From positions 18,910,001 through 18,974,000 of the forward strand of contig CM060731.1 of NCBI GenBank assembly GCA_030704615.1: a stretch of 64,000 nucleotides of DNA, given 5' to 3'. The stretch is from Takakia lepidozioides (Eukaryota > Plantae > Bryophyta). The translations under genes and the position numbers were made by a program. Within the stretch, counting starts at the first letter, position 1, and the number at the start of each line of letters is the position of its first letter. The notes beneath the pieces were generated by a model that searched no databases, was not told where the DNA came from, and worked only from the letters and a program-made list of their open reading frames with translations. Of the stretch, positions 62,399-64,000 are shown piece by piece.

Positions 62399-63401
62399 CA
62401 TAATTTTTTTTTTTTTTTAAAAATATAGTGACATATAATCTTCATTACTGTTTACAAGCTTTGTGAGCCAAGTTACTTGGAATTTTATTTGTATTTCCAA
62501 GAGCCTTGCAAACATTGATACTTCTTATCTATGTGCCATGTAGCATTAGGCAGGGTCTTTTTGGGCCAAGGTTCAAATATGCCATTTAGTGTAGATTGAC
62601 TGAAATGCAATATAAGCCAATTTAAGGTTTTCTACTTATGAATGGTGGTTTAAATTTTTTTGGTGGTGTTTGGCATAATTTCTGCCTAGTCTCCAATGAT
62701 GCCTAAACCCTCCAATTTGCTACGTCAATTCTGGGTTATTCGCCTCAACAAGTCTACTAGGTTTTAGGTTCATTCGCCCAATACCCATTCAAAATCTCAT
62801 ATTATCGCCAGCCATTTCCACTAAGCATTTTGTACAAGCGCCAGACATGCTCCTCCAAGGTTCTAATGGATGCCACTTGTGCTACAATGTAAATACCTTA
62901 AAAGAAACGCTGCCTCATATCCATCTATTTGGGGGTACCCCTAATCTTTGAAAAATCGTGGGGGGCAGGGTTTTGGGTTTTTGGGGGCGCAGTAAAGTGG
63001 AGCGTGTGGCATTAATTCCAGCGCTCACTTTTCATTCAGACACTTTTTCATCCGCTTTCATCCGGCTGCGACCCGATTCAGCCTTTAAAACAAGACGGAA
63101 CCCAGAAGATGTAGTTGCAAAATTCAATTGTTTTCCTCCTCTTGGTTTAATCAACTTGGCATCAATCAGCAGGGATCAATAGAGTGCAGCCCACAAGTTG
63201 AGCAGCAGCAGCTCACATAATGAGATGATATACACTGGAGCTCGTCATGGTCTGGGAAAGCCACATAATTTGCCATCATGGATATCACACAAGTTGAAAG
63301 AATAACTTTACCGTGTGTAGAATGAGTCAGTTACTCAAATCTGTAATCATTGTAATTCTTAGCTTTTCCTAATCCTAAATAAATTGATGGAGAACCATAA
63401 T

Positions 63402-64000
63402 TCATTCCGTATCAAATGCCAGGAGGGATGGTTCATAGAATGAAGGGGCTTCGAAGCCCATGAGGTTCATGTAAGTGGCTGTCACATTAGCGAGGCCTGC
63501 TTTGGGCAACTTGTCACTGAACCTTACAGAACTGGGCAGGCCTGGTCCTCCAATTGCAACTGGAACCTGCATTAACAGTTCAACCAGATCCCAAAAAAAA
63601 TCAAGATTATGACAGGGAAGGCCAAGCAAACTTGCATAGGGCATAAATGGTAGGAAAGGGGGGGACGGAGAGAAGGATTACAAATTACAAGACCACACGC
63701 GAGAAGATGGAATTTCCTCCCTTGACCAAGAATGTGCGGGATGCAGAGAATATACAATCTTGAAATTCAATCTGCTGGACACAGACATGGAGGAGTGACA
63801 GTCCCACTGCTGCACAAATAATCACGACTAATAAAGGTGAAGGTTGTACCGGGGCGAGAGTGTGAGACGTAAGGGGAGCTACGTTGCCCTTGTCATCGAG
63901 CAGGGGTTCCCCATTCTTCTTGCGCTGTGCCATGTCGTCACAGTTGCCATGGTCTGCTGTGATCAGATAGATGCCCCCAACTGTTTCCACTGCATCCAAC
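63402..64000 (-). CDS. iPGAM: 2,3-bisphosphoglycerate-independent phosphoglycerate mutase, last two exons (partial)
   Basis: Exons (>64000)-63850 and 63566-63402: GGIYLITADHGNCDDM..PLTSHTLAP|VPVAIGGPGL..GLANVTATYMNLMGFEAPSFYEPSLL, with the metal-binding ADHGN and SHT motifs. Confidence 0.93.

Noticed and set aside
62700-62712. Telomeric or telomerase-template motif CTAAACCCT (also AAACCCTAAA at 61271)
   Set aside because: Isolated single units, expected as telo-boxes or by chance.

Overview
Eukaryotic, intron-rich nuclear DNA from a land plant, probably non-seed. The class II RSL bHLH sequence and the purine-rich splice acceptors point to a bryophyte, but this is inference. Eight protein-coding genes were reconstructed by hand from GT-AG exons: the 3' end of an F-box gene (+), an S28 serine carboxypeptidase (+, 13 exons), an LRR receptor-like pseudokinase (+), a NAT11/12-type nucleobase-ascorbate transporter (+, 10 exons), Notchless WD40 (+, 13 exons), a farnesol-dehydrogenase-like SDR (-, 5 exons), a class II RSL bHLH (+, 5 exons) and the 3' end of iPGAM (-). 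Three decayed gene relics are present: a polyubiquitin pseudogene, an adjacent PLS/E-type PPR relic, and a copy of the NAT last exon that now lies directly behind the Notchless stop codon. The most notable signals are mobile DNA. There are two related non-autonomous elements with piggyBac-type ends (TTAA|CCCT...AGGG), a tailless short insertion family with 12-16 bp target-site duplications and an associated pseudoknot motif, a tRNA-derived SINE family (5-6 copies), and a TA-flanked Tc1/mariner-type MITE whose empty site is visible in a neighbouring repeat copy. No database search or RNA folding was run.
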